Of a stretch of DNA of 64,000 bases, positions 1 through 11,864 are shown piece by piece. The first letter of the stretch is position 1; every line of letters begins with the position of its first letter. This DNA is from Sphagnum compactum. Its lineage: Eukaryota. Location of the stretch: NCBI GenBank assembly GCA_965153455.1, contig OZ234493.1, positions 22,124,213-22,188,212 of the forward strand, written 5' to 3'. The notes under the pieces were generated by a model. The model worked only from the letters and a program-made list of their open reading frames with translations. It was not told the DNA's origin and did not search any database. Made by a program: the position numbers and the translations under genes.

Positions 1-1306
1 GGGTTGTCACTGACCTGTTTGTATCATGAGGTTTCATATCACTATGAAATGTAAAAATAATAATTCATATGACTAATTTTTTAAATGACTTTTTATAAAC
101 ACGTAAATAATTATATTTTAATTTAAAAATACTATTAAAATGAAATTCTTACAAAATCGATTAAATAAAACATGTCAATTTAAAAATAAATTATAAAAAA
201 TTGGTTTTTGAGATATAATTTGATTTTATTTAAAAAACTTTTATAAGGCTTTGATGAAGATTTATAAAAAGAATTATAATGCAAGATTTAATTTTTAATT
301 GATTAATTTGTTTGTATTGTTGTTGCCTTTTATTTTATAAAAATTTATTATTGCCCTAAGATAGTGTACATGCATGTATGATTTTAGCTTTTACCAAGCA
401 TGTATGGGGGCAACCACAACTAATTCTCTAATAATAATAATGATGATGAATTATTGAAAACCATATGAGAACATAAGAAGAGGGAAAATAAAATAAAATA
501 GAATTTCATCATCATTGGTCCTGAGCTGACCCATACAAGGAGGGTATGGCACGCAGAAGGAAAATATTAAACAGGCCAAAGGAAATGAATGCAGTCAGTA
601 CAAAAGTATTGCTTCGATTTGTTCCTTCAGTCTGCCCATTTGCTCTGGCCTGTTTAGTATTTTCCCACGCAGAAAGGTACAAGATTTTTCCCTGACGCTT
701 ACCGACATTTTCCTCTCCTCTCCTTTCCCGTACCCCTCTCTCAAAGCTACCATAGTTGTTCCGTTTGCTAGTGGCCAGACGATCTTGGTTTCGTAATCAC
801 GAGTGCTTGCGGGCAAGGTTTTGTTGCTCAAGTTGTTCTGCTTTTGAGAGTTAACGATAGTACCTGGAACAAAGTGGAAGTCTTGTAATGAAAATTGGAA
901 TTCGACTGAGACCAATTGCCGAAATCAGCTACTCCCAGGTACTCTTCCTCTTTCATCAACCGTTTGTTAAGTTTATAATACAACTGGTGTGCACAAGAGA
1001 CTTCGTAGTTTTTGGGATTCCTGGATTTGTTCAGGCGAAAGAGAGGGCTTGATAACGGTTGCAACGGAATTTAACACCGGCTCGTGACTGATCGGGTTTA
1101 CAGAAGTCACGACCATTTACTGCCCGGCACAAATGTATTGAACTTATAGCCGCCACACCCTTAACTGTGCCGTTTTTGAAAACTTCAAAGTTTGAAACCT
1201 CAACTGTTGAGAAATGCACAGATGTGTTAGGTTGTGGAATGGTTGCTGAAAAGAGTTAAAGATCATGTATTGATGTTCAGATTTTGAAATTGGGTGGGCA
1301 ACAGGC

Positions 1307-4300
1307 ATGGAACAATTTCGAGATCATGTGAAAGAGGTCGAGAACAATGTTAAGGAAGTTGGTGACGGTGCGACAGCCAGCAAGATTAATCGTCATCAAT
1401 GTAAGCGCTTGGCGAGTGCATACGAGGAAATCAGTGTACTTTTCAAGGAGTTGATGATGTTGGATAATGCAAATCATGTGCTCTTATTGCCCTTGTTGGA
1501 TGAGTTCATTCGTGTCCTTGAGAGGGGAAAAGTCCTAGTCTTGCAATATGCAAGTGCGCAATGGTATGAATTGGCGGTGACCAGGGGAAATAACGAGGAG
1601 GCCTTTAACGAGCTCCACTTGTCACTTGATACTAACATCAAAGCATTGCAAAAGCAAGTTTCACAAAGTTCGAAAGAGGTACAATTCCCCGGATGGACTC
1701 ATGACACATCGCAAGCTGCAACATTTCGAAGGGATGCCGAGGAGGATTTTAATGAAATGCTGGAAATGTTGCAAGATTTAGTAAAGAATCTGCCAATGGC
1801 AATCGATAAGCTCAAGGGAACACCATCAGGGGACGAACTCCCTCTCAATCTGCGAATAGAGAGACGGAAAATTACGCTTGGGCAACAGATTGGGAAGGGG
1901 GCTTATGGGTTGGTGCACGAGGCATACTGGCTTGGATGCAAAATCGCTGTCAAAATCATAGAAACAAGTGAGATCAGTGTGTTGCAGCAGGAGGTGAATA
2001 ACCTTGCAGGACTTCGCCATCCCAACATCGTGCAGCTATTAGGCTTCTCTGTTGGTAAGCCAAAGGAGGAAGGAAACAATAAGGGGAAGGGGAAAGGTAA
2101 GGATCAGGGTAAGAATAAGGGTCGAAAAAGCATGATTCTAATGGAGCTAATGGATGAAGATTTACACCATCTCATTGAGGATCGATGTAGATCCACTCCA
2201 GATCCACCCTTTCGACAAGCTGTAGCCATAGATATAATTTCTCAAATTGCAGCTGGCATGGCATACCTACATGGCAAGGGAATTTTCCATGGAGACCTCA
2301 AAGCCTCCAATGTACTTGTCAACCATCGTGGTGGCCACATTGATGCTAAGATCACAGACTTTGGGGTGTCGCAAAAAATACAGCTTGACAATCGTGGTGA
2401 TGCAAGCTCCAGTGATGGGCTCTCAGACTCTTATGGGTTGCAAAGTGCACACCACACTGTGCCTTTCAACACAAACTTGCACAGTGATGCAAACAGAGGG
2501 GAGTCGTCACTAACTTTACGACACAGTGTGAGTGTTCCAAACTTGCAAAGCACTGATGCAGAAGCAATTATGCCATCCAATTTGAGTGCCACAAGTTTGC
2601 AGCATTATGGCAACAGTGATGCCACTTCGTCTATGTATTCAACAAATCCATTTTCTAAAGTGGTTGGGACAACTGCTTGGATGGCACCAGAAGTAATTGC
2701 TATGCAAGTGAGTATTAAAACCAAACACACTGTTGGATTAGTTTTGGAAGTGGATTTGGGGGATGAGCTAAGTTTGAGGTTTGAGAACAAAGTTTCCTCT
2801 TAAAAACAAAGACTTTGATGCTAGCTAATGAAGATCATATGATTGAGCCTCTTCCCTACCCATACAGATATTGCCTCACTTTAGAAGTGGGTTGTATCCA
2901 TCTTTCTAATGCTTGGAAGGTCACACATCCCAAGACTATTTTTAACCTATGGTATTTGAGTTCCCTAACATTTGTATGGCTTGTATTTGAACAAGGTGTA
3001 AGTGACCTGTCATATAAGGAAACTCTTCATGAGTTGGCCGAGATACATATTGATCATAATCATTTGCAATGGGATGACTATCATTCTTGATCACCTAAAC
3101 CATAGCATCTCATTTGGGGGTGGTTGGGGGGGATTTTGTTTCTGTCAATCGTGTTCACTGCAGACACAAGATGAGGAAATGTCAGCAGTGGAACTGAAAT
3201 ATAATGGGAAAGCAGACGTGTACAGTTTTGCAATAACTTGTTCTGAAGTCCTCACAGGAAAACCTCCATTTAGCAATGATGTACAGCGGAGTTCGATCAG
3301 CAAATTGGTCAGGGAAGGTGTGAGGCCTAAATTGCCTGTTGACATAAATACAAAGTTATCACGCCTCATCCAAGCGTGTTGGGAAACTGACCCTCAAGAG
3401 AGGCCTACATTTGGAAGTATTTGTGCCAAGCTACAAGAGATAAAGGTATGGGAAACTGAAGCTCAAAAGTGGCCTACATTTCATTGGAGAAGTTGCTTCA
3501 CTATTTGCTAATCAATCAAGCTTCTTTACTACACCTACTTAGAGTTCCAACTGGTGGAAAGGTATCCATGTAAACATGTACCAATTTTGTGACAATACAT
3601 CTCATTCATGTGACTTTCATGTTCTGTAGGTTTCGCTTTTACTTCTCAATTCCAAAGCTGTGGTATAGAAGATGTTTGAGCAAGAGTTTAGGCTATTATT
3701 AACATCATAATTCAGCTGCAATAACTGAGGTATTTTGCTGCATATTGTTACATCTCATAACAAGGGCTTCTTGGTACTAGGTGTCCTCACAATGATGTCA
3801 TGCTTTTTGTTATTTGAAGAGGTTTCAGTGAAGAGTAAGTGAAACTATGACTGAGTTTCTCTCATCAGAAGAGCAATTTTTCAACCATGTAAGCCAATGA
3901 AGGGCATTGAATTCTGAAATCCCTTCATATCTAGAATGAAGATTGTTACAATGAAGATTGGACAGTGGTACTCGAGTGCACATTCTGCCAGAAAGCTTCT
4001 TTTCTGAGTGCTTGGTGAGACAGCCTTTGCAGGGCAAAATATCTGATGAATACTAAGAAATATCTGGGCAGTTGTTTCCCCACCACAAGTATCCAGAGTG
4101 AAGTTGGAGTGCACAGTTACTGTGCACATCAAAGTCAATGCTGCTTGGTCATTTAGTCAGGACGAGAGAAGAACTGAAAACAAGGCCATTGCAGTGATTG
4201 AGAAAAGCTGCTGGGGATGGGTGGGGTGGTGGATATTACAGCAGGTACCCTCCTACACAATGATAGGGACCCCACGGGGGGATCCAGTACCAGCTCCGAC

Positions 4301-5304
4301 TTTCTCCCCACTAGGGAAAGCTTTTTCTCAGAATGACCTCACAGCAGTTCATGAGATTTTAGTGAAGAGGGGCTACAAGGATGATGAGGTATTATAGCAA
4401 CTCTTCTCTGCTGCTCATGTGTCATCTATGGGGAGGATTGATTCAAAAGGTTCTCATCTTGAAAGGTGGCTAGGAATAGGCTGTGTGATGGATTCTCAAT
4501 ACTTGTGGAAGTCAATAGTCTGGTACTCCCATGAGTGAATTCAACTGTATTGTTTCTTAAAGTGTAAATGCTAAAAGAAAATCAGGGTTGTGGTTGCAGT
4601 TGTCATTCCAGGTGTGGAGCAAAAAAATCCAAGACATGCATAATTCAAGAAGGCAAGGTGACAGGGCATTTCGTGAAAAGGATTACGAGCAAGCTATTGA
4701 CTGTTACTCGCAGGTATCACCATTTCTCTATCCTATCCTTGTCATGCAGTACCACAGACTTAATGCATCAAAGCTCAGCATCAAGGTTTTGGTCACTTCA
4801 TAAGCATAAGTTTGTGTGAGGATGTTCAATTAGGATGGGATTTCCAATTTTACAACACCCATAGGTTTTCTGATTCCTGCAACCTTCCCCTGATTTGAAT
4901 GTTGATGGGGGACAGGGCACATTATGTTTACATCTTACATTTTTTTGTTGCAGTTTGTTGATGTTGGAGCATTTGTGTCACCAACTGTGTTTGCACGACG
5001 TAGTTTGGCATATTTGCTCAATGATCAGGCTCAGGCAGCTTTACGTGATGCTAGGCAAGCTCAATATGTCCATCGAGAATGGCCAACTGCATGTTATATG
5101 CAAGCTGCTGCACTTTCAAAGCTGGGAATGGAAGAAGATGCCAAGGATATGCTGAAAGAAGGTGCTGTGCATGATAGCAGGAGGCTGAACTCATGGGCCA
5201 CTCAAGATTACTCTCTAGCCTCTCTATTTGCTGGATTTCTTCCTACGTGTTGCTTACATCCCTTTTCATTTCTCGTGTCTACTTGGTTTTCAGAATTGAG
5301 ATGA
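1307..5304 (+). CDS. Multi-exon protein kinase: MLKL/HeLo-like N-terminal helical bundle + Ser/Thr/Tyr (TKL-like) kinase + BSK-type TPR C-terminus; exons 1307-2707, 3164-3445, 4245-4388, 4600-4713, 4954-5304 (~763 aa)
   Basis: Kinase motifs IGKGAYG, IAVK, HPNIV, HGDLKASN, DFG, GTTAWMAPE, KADVYSF, CWETDPQERPTF. All four introns are GT-AG and phase 0 (donors 2708, 3446, 4389, 4714). N-terminus MEQFR...INRHQCKRL...PLLDEFIRVLERG resembles plant MLKL-like proteins. Last three exons (VPSYTMIG...SPLGKAFSQNDLTAVHEIL..GYKDDE/LSFQVW...GDRAFREKDY..AIDCYSQ/FVDVG..VSPTVFARRSLAYL...WPTACYMQAAALSKLGM) match the BSK C-terminus. The exon 2-3 join is inferred. Confidence 0.8.
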
Positions 5305-8300
5305 ACAGAGGAAGGGAAGCATGTGGGTGTGTATAAGTGATTTCTAATGATTTTCACTCTTGCTTCTGATTTAGAGCCCTGCAAGCTGTGGAAGGCCTTT
5401 TTACGACACTGCCTTGCAGCGACAGAGCTTCATTTTTCCACAGGAAACTCTTCTCTACATTTATGTGGAGGATAATAGGATTGCTATGGTAGTGTAGAGG
5501 GGATGAATTGAGGTACTGGGGGATCTTGGTATATTTCCGCTTCACAGTAGTTTTCAACAACAGGCACCCCGTGCTATCAATTTATTTGTCTGCTCTGGAG
5601 AATTATGATGGGTTTTTGGCCTGCAAGTCCAAGTGGGGCTGGAGAGACATTCAAAACCCAGCAAGACAGGTGATTGTGTTGCTGTGCTGAGTTCAAAAAC
5701 TGGGCACTGGTTTTTTTTTCTCAATGGCTGCTTTCACAAAACCATCCCTGCCTCCCACTTCCCTCTCACAGTGCAGTAGTCATGGATGGATGGTGCTCTT
5801 GAGGGTTCACTCTAACCAGATATTGAAAGGGTAATATGTCATTTTGTGATTGGATTTGGTATGGATTTCTGAATCAAGATTTTGATTTGCATGAAGGCCC
5901 CTTATCTAACTAAGGAGCACCTTGCACCTACTACTAGGTGTAAGGTGCCTCTACATTTTCAGGAGGCATTATTGACAGATATAAGGTGCAGGTATAAAAA
6001 TGACACCAAACCCTCTTCAGTTACTAGGGAGTTTCTTTTGATCTCATAACCTTTGTTATTAAAAAAAATCCATGTGTACATATATTTATAGATTTCCCAA
6101 AGAGACGCCTAATAACTTAGAATGCATTTTCAAGAGTCAAATCATGTCTGATTGAATTATCACATAGAATTGGAAAGCTTTCGACAAAAGCTATAAGATA
6201 ATCGGTTATATGTCCCAATTCATTAAGTTTGATTGGATTTAGAACCCCCAAAGTTTTGAGACTTTAAAAAAAAACTTTGTGTGCATAGATAAACATGGTA
6301 TGAAAAAGCATGTTATGATGATTTCACATGTTCTAAAACATGCTGAGAATTACTTACAGGGCTTAGTTGTGGCATAGAAGATGTTTGAGTGAAGGTTTAG
6401 GTTATTGTTAACACCATAATTTGAATATTAATTACATCTCTTAATAGCATTATCATTTGCAAATGAAATCAATATTACTATTCTCATTTGTGTAGACATG
6501 TAACTTTATTGATATTGTAGACACAAGGTTAAACATGATCTGGAAATTCCTCTGTTTCTATATAGCTGCCACTATTTACCCCAAGGGAAACACTATATAT
6601 CCATAGTAATATAGACTTTTTTCTTATGGGTTTTATCTATGAAGGCTAAAGTATTATACAATTGTCTTAAGTGCCCACCCCACTAAAATTCATTGGCAAT
6701 GAAAGAAACATGAATTATGTAGGATTACATGTTTGGGTGGGAGAACAAAATTAAGAATCTCTATCAATTAGATTTTTATCCAAATTGCAAAACTCTACTG
6801 GTCTATGTACTGGATTTAAGGCTTGAAAGAGTTCAGAAAAATGGAGTCATAGCATGTTTTAACATGAGTTTAATGAGATGTGAAGATTTACATTTAGCAT
6901 TCATTAAATGAATGGAAAAGTTTCACCTTATCCTGATTTACTTAATCATGAGTATGGATATCTACCAATGCTTATGAAAGTTCTTCATAAGAGCTTTAGC
7001 TTTGTACAAGAGCCTTCTTGAAACTTCATGCGCTCCAAACGTTGCACTGTGGATGATGAGTAAGAGAACAGACTATTAAATGCTACTTTTTGCCCAAACA
7101 TTGATTTAAAATTAAAAGGGTCTCGAATGTATTGCTTGTTTGCAAGGTTAGCCATGGATGAGGTATGTGAGCCTCATTTTTTGTTCTATCATGCCTTTCA
7201 AACCCTATATGTATGTGTGTTTGTAATACACAAGAATGTGGTTTTATGTTTCATTTTGGCTTTTGGGTACAGATTCCACATGGGATCATGTGTCATATTT
7301 CTCATTTTTACCTTTTTTTTATCATCTTCTAAGGTTTATAGGAGGTCTATGGTTTGACCATTAAGTGGTTTCATTTGGTTTGATTGAAGTTTAAGGGCCT
7401 GGAATTGCATGAACATTAAGCTTTGACCTTAGTCTTGGTCTACTTTTTGAGATTCAAAAGACGAGGGGCAATTTTATGTATCTTAATCACAAAACTCTGT
7501 ATGGACTTGAAGCCCACGCAATAATGAGACCCTAGAGTTTAAACTTTAAACATGATCTTGGAATTCAATGGAGGAAGGAAGCACTACCTAAAAAAGGGAG
7601 CATTTTCAAGTGATGCAATTATTTGCCATAAAGCAAACCAAGATCCTCCAAACATACCCTACTCGCAACAATCCTACTACTACCATACTTGCGCCTTTCT
7701 TAGTTAACTTGTCATTGCCATACTAGCACCACCGTGGGTCTGCCCACTCATGGTTGTAGTCATACCCTATGTTAATCTTGAATTGTTGCATTACGTCATC
7801 ACCCTTGCATTGCACTCATATTATGTTCACCATTGCCCTACCCTGTCATTGTCGTCGTCGTCAGTGCTTGTCATCCTCCCAAGAGCTACGGTCTGCACTT
7901 CTTTGCCTTGAAATGGAGTAATTCGACATAGTTAGGGGGCTAGGTACATTTTCAAGCTGAGGTTTTTTTTTAATTTTGTTTTTTAGTTTGAAGAAGTTGT
8001 TTCATCCACAGTTTTGATGTTTTTACTTTAATTCGCTTCATCTATATCATGAATTTAAGTTCATTTTTTCTCAGGATATTTTTCACCCATTCATTTGAAA
8101 AATTAGTTGGGGAATCAGAAGACAAATTTTGACCAAAATTTGGGCTTGTAATAATTTAACATAGATTCCATAAACAATTTGGGCTTGTCATATCATATGT
8201 TCTAGGATTTTTCGTTGTATCTTCATGTAGTGTTAGAGAGGAAAAGAACATTTAAGCAATGAAAATAGTTCAAAAAGAGAAATCCATGAAGGTGTGTTGC

Positions 8301-8972
8301 CTAGCAGGATAGAGCAGTACAATGTCAAGTGCATGACAAGTTTGCAACTTCCAACCTCTTGTGCAAATAAACATGACATGCCCAAAACTACAAGGTGCAT
8401 ACAATGATAACACACCATCAACACTGCATTCCACTGTTGTCATTCCACTGCATTATATGACAGAAAATCTACATGACCATGATGGTCTATTGCAATCTGT
8501 TGGTATGCTGCATAGATATTCCCATTTCAAGTTTTATGTGGGGATTGACTCATGCAATCAAGCAACTATCTTATCCATAAAGGGAATCCCTCAACATGCT
8601 GATATAGAAACCATTGTATCAGTTTAAGGAGACTTCACAATTTCTGTAGTTGCAAATAGAACTTCTGAGGGCAGCATAAACAGGGCTGACTGCATCACTG
8701 TAATCCTAGATATTTTACGTCCTTGATAATAACCCAGAACACAAAGTGGAAAATTCAGTAATTTAAGCAGATCTATCTTCAATTCCAAACATTGTACTAA
8801 GGAAAATTGATCCTACATCTCTGTCAAAACTTTCCATTGTAAAAGAACTAATTTGCTGGTCTTGTTTATTTACACTTTTTGCTTGAAGTACATTATCCTG
8901 CTAAAATAGAAGACAAAGCGTCCACTCTTAGCAGGCTAGTGTACACTTTTTTTTTGAAGTGTAGGGGCATTG

Positions 8973-11864
8973 TTACCGTGGAGTTGCAGAATGGGGAATT
9001 ATTCCTGCATTCTCCTCCACATGAGCCACACTCCTCATCCCTGCTAGGGCTGTTGTGATACCAGGAGTTGTTCGCACAAATTGGAGGGCACATTGCGCAT
9101 CTGTTGGTTGGTTGCCAAGATCGGAAAACACACCACGGACTTCCTCAGGTAAACCGTTGCAAAGCTGTGCCTGTTCAAAAAGAAGCCCAACTTAGATCAA
9201 TGGTTGTAAAGTGTTCAGTTGTAAACCAATTGGTAGGTAAGTGTTCAATTATCCTCTCAAAGATGATATAGAGTGCTTGTTGAAATGAATTTCTATGTTC
9301 AAAAGGCCTCCCTCTACCTCTCCATTCTATATATGACACACATACAAGATTCCATAGTTCGAGTGATGGGCTATTTGTCATCATGACCTGACAACATACT
9401 AACTTTGACAAACCAAGGAACTGAGAACTAGCAAGGTCTTGAAACAGCTAGGAATTGACCTGCATGAGTGAAGCTGATGCAACAACACTAATGTTTAGTT
9501 GTTGAGCTGCATCTAAAAGTGACATTTGCTTCCCATTTACTATTTGTGTAGCTGCTGTTTCTGCCTCAGTAAGACTTAGGTTAAATGGCAACTGGATCAC
9601 TCTGAAGTGATGCCCCTCTCCTCCTGCTTCAACCCCAAACACAACTTTGTGAAGAGAGGCAAAACAACATAGGATGTTTGAACTCACAAAATAATGTGCT
9701 CATATGAAATATATGAACCCAATAACGAACAATATTCTATTCTCCAGTCTGACTGGATTGACAAGCTTATGGGGAAACAACAGACCACAGAACCAAAGCT
9801 AACATGCAACAGACCCACACATGAAGGGACTATCTTTTGAACAAGTATGGGACACAGACATTGATACCTGCATCCTCTGCAGCATGAACTAAATCTTCAA
9901 GGGAGAGATGGCCTCGTTTGTTGTAAGGGACTCGAAATCCATTCCATGTGGCAACACCATATGCACTGATCTTGCCCTCTGCACATGCCTCTTCTAAGGC
10001 ACCAAATGCATCACATATTCGTTTCTTGAATACATCCGGCAAAACTTCAGTGAGTTGAGTTTCAGGATTGTGCACATAATAGATGTCGATAGTCTCCAAG
10101 CCCAAGTTCTTCCTGCTTATTTCCAGCTGAACCCCAACTATCACTTAGATGTCATCCTAGAATGTTTTCCTCTTAATCTTTATCTTACTACAGCATAACA
10201 CGAGTAAACAGAATTATCTTCATTCAGAACCATTTGACAAGTAATGGATGAGGAATTTAACCTGATTTTTCAGATATGCAGGTGTCATGCAGTGGCATCC
10301 GGCTGCAAACTCAGACCATGAAAAAATCCCCTTTGCCACAAAGTTTTCTTGAATCCACTGACGGGGATTGGCAGGTCTATTTCCATCAAAGGTGAAGTAA
10401 CCTCCTTTAGTGCAAACAACCACCTGGTTCCGTGTGACAATTCCTTGTGCAAGTGCAGTGGCCACTGCATTGCCAACTGCTCGTTCACTCCGCATACTCC
10501 GATAATTTACTGCCCTGTAAATAAAGACATATTCAAATAAACCTACTAGCCCACTAAACATGCCCAATGGACTTGAAATCGTCCATTTCCAGGAGCACCC
10601 TACAAAGGGGGCCTCTTCCCTTTACTCATATTGTCATTGTGCAGACATTGTATCACTAGCCTCTGGGATGATAGTCAAAGCTGATCACATACATTGCAGA
10701 GCTGAAATTTCTTAGCTGTGATTAAGTCCTATTTCCTCAATAATTAGGTGTCCCCTTCTGCAACCCAAGCCATCAACTCCAATCAGCAGACAGGCTGTCG
10801 TTGTACAATGGAGATGTCTGTTTCCACGCACACATATATCTCTATGTGGATGTCCAGTGTAGTATAGATTGTCCAATGTGCTTCTTTGAGAGGAATTTTT
10901 TTTAAAAAAGAATCCATGTGCATGATCTGAGGTTTTATTAGGGAGAATAGGGAACGTACGTGTCCAGAAGGTTGATGCCGAGGTTGAAGGCTTTCAGAAT
11001 TGCTTGGGAATATTCAGTGTCAGCAGAGTCACTCTCAGGTCCCAAGTAAGTTCCCAGACCTAGGGAGGACACCTTAAGCTCGCCTGCAATTTCATTATGT
11101 GTTGGCAATGACCTGAAGTGGCCCTCACCTGCACACATCAATGCACCATTCCATCTGTCACCATGTACAACTTACTCTTCAAGTCTCCAACATACACACA
11201 CTGACTTTATCCCTTTTCTACATCAGAGGTGATCTACACTTATTCAATGGCCATCACAATGTCAATGCGGTTTCAACAATTGAAGATAGGAAGAATTTGA
11301 TGTTGACAAAGAATTTAACAACTAGACAATATTCTGGCTCCATAAGCAACCTAAAACATCAAACCTAAAATCCCCTGGGGGACTACAGCAATTTACACTT
11401 CTGAACTGAAACAATTTCCAGAAACCAAACCATGATCTCATTCCCCCTTGTACAAAAACAGAAAATCTGATCAACAGTTTGGTGGAAAATCAATTTTTAT
11501 TTTTATTTTTTACACAAAATAGAGAGAGCGAGAGAGAGGAAATTGCTTCACCAGCATTCCTGAAGCTCTTTGCAAATTCTGTCGTCTCGGATGCTTGAGC
11601 TCGGCCAGGAAGTAGGGTTCCGGTCTCCTGTTCCATTGTGTGGCTTGCGTTGGCTTGCACCCTGGTGAGTTTCGACCGAGGCGGAGCTCTTGTGCTGAAA
11701 GGGAAAGGAGACGCAAGCTGCGGTTTCCGCACACCACCATACGAGCATGCAAAAGTGTACAAAACTGTTTTGCTGCACAAATTATCTCCCCTGCATGCAC
11801 TGCTTACCCTCCAGGTGCGTGGCAACAGCAAACTGAGCACAGCTGTACTCTTTGTATTCAACAT
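8973..11864 (-). CDS. Aldo-keto reductase with predicted N-terminal organellar transit peptide; exons 11864-11552, 11128-10960, 10514-10262, 10126-9868, 9623-9460, 9170-8973
   Basis: Exon phases join consistently into VSSLGLGTYLG...GINLLDTAVNYRSMRSERAVG...VVVCTKGGY...LGLETIDIYYVHNPE...GKISAYGVATW...IQLPFNL...ALQFVRTTPGITTALAGMRSVAHVEEN. This contains the AKR D-Y-K-H tetrad. The 3' end may instead splice at CG|GTAAC to a short exon near 8615-8697. Confidence 0.9.

Noticed and set aside
595-1219. Minus-strand ORFs of 106, 78 and 62 aa upstream of the kinase
   Set aside because: No recognisable motifs. The region looks like the kinase 5'UTR and intron (donor near 676, acceptor at 1280).
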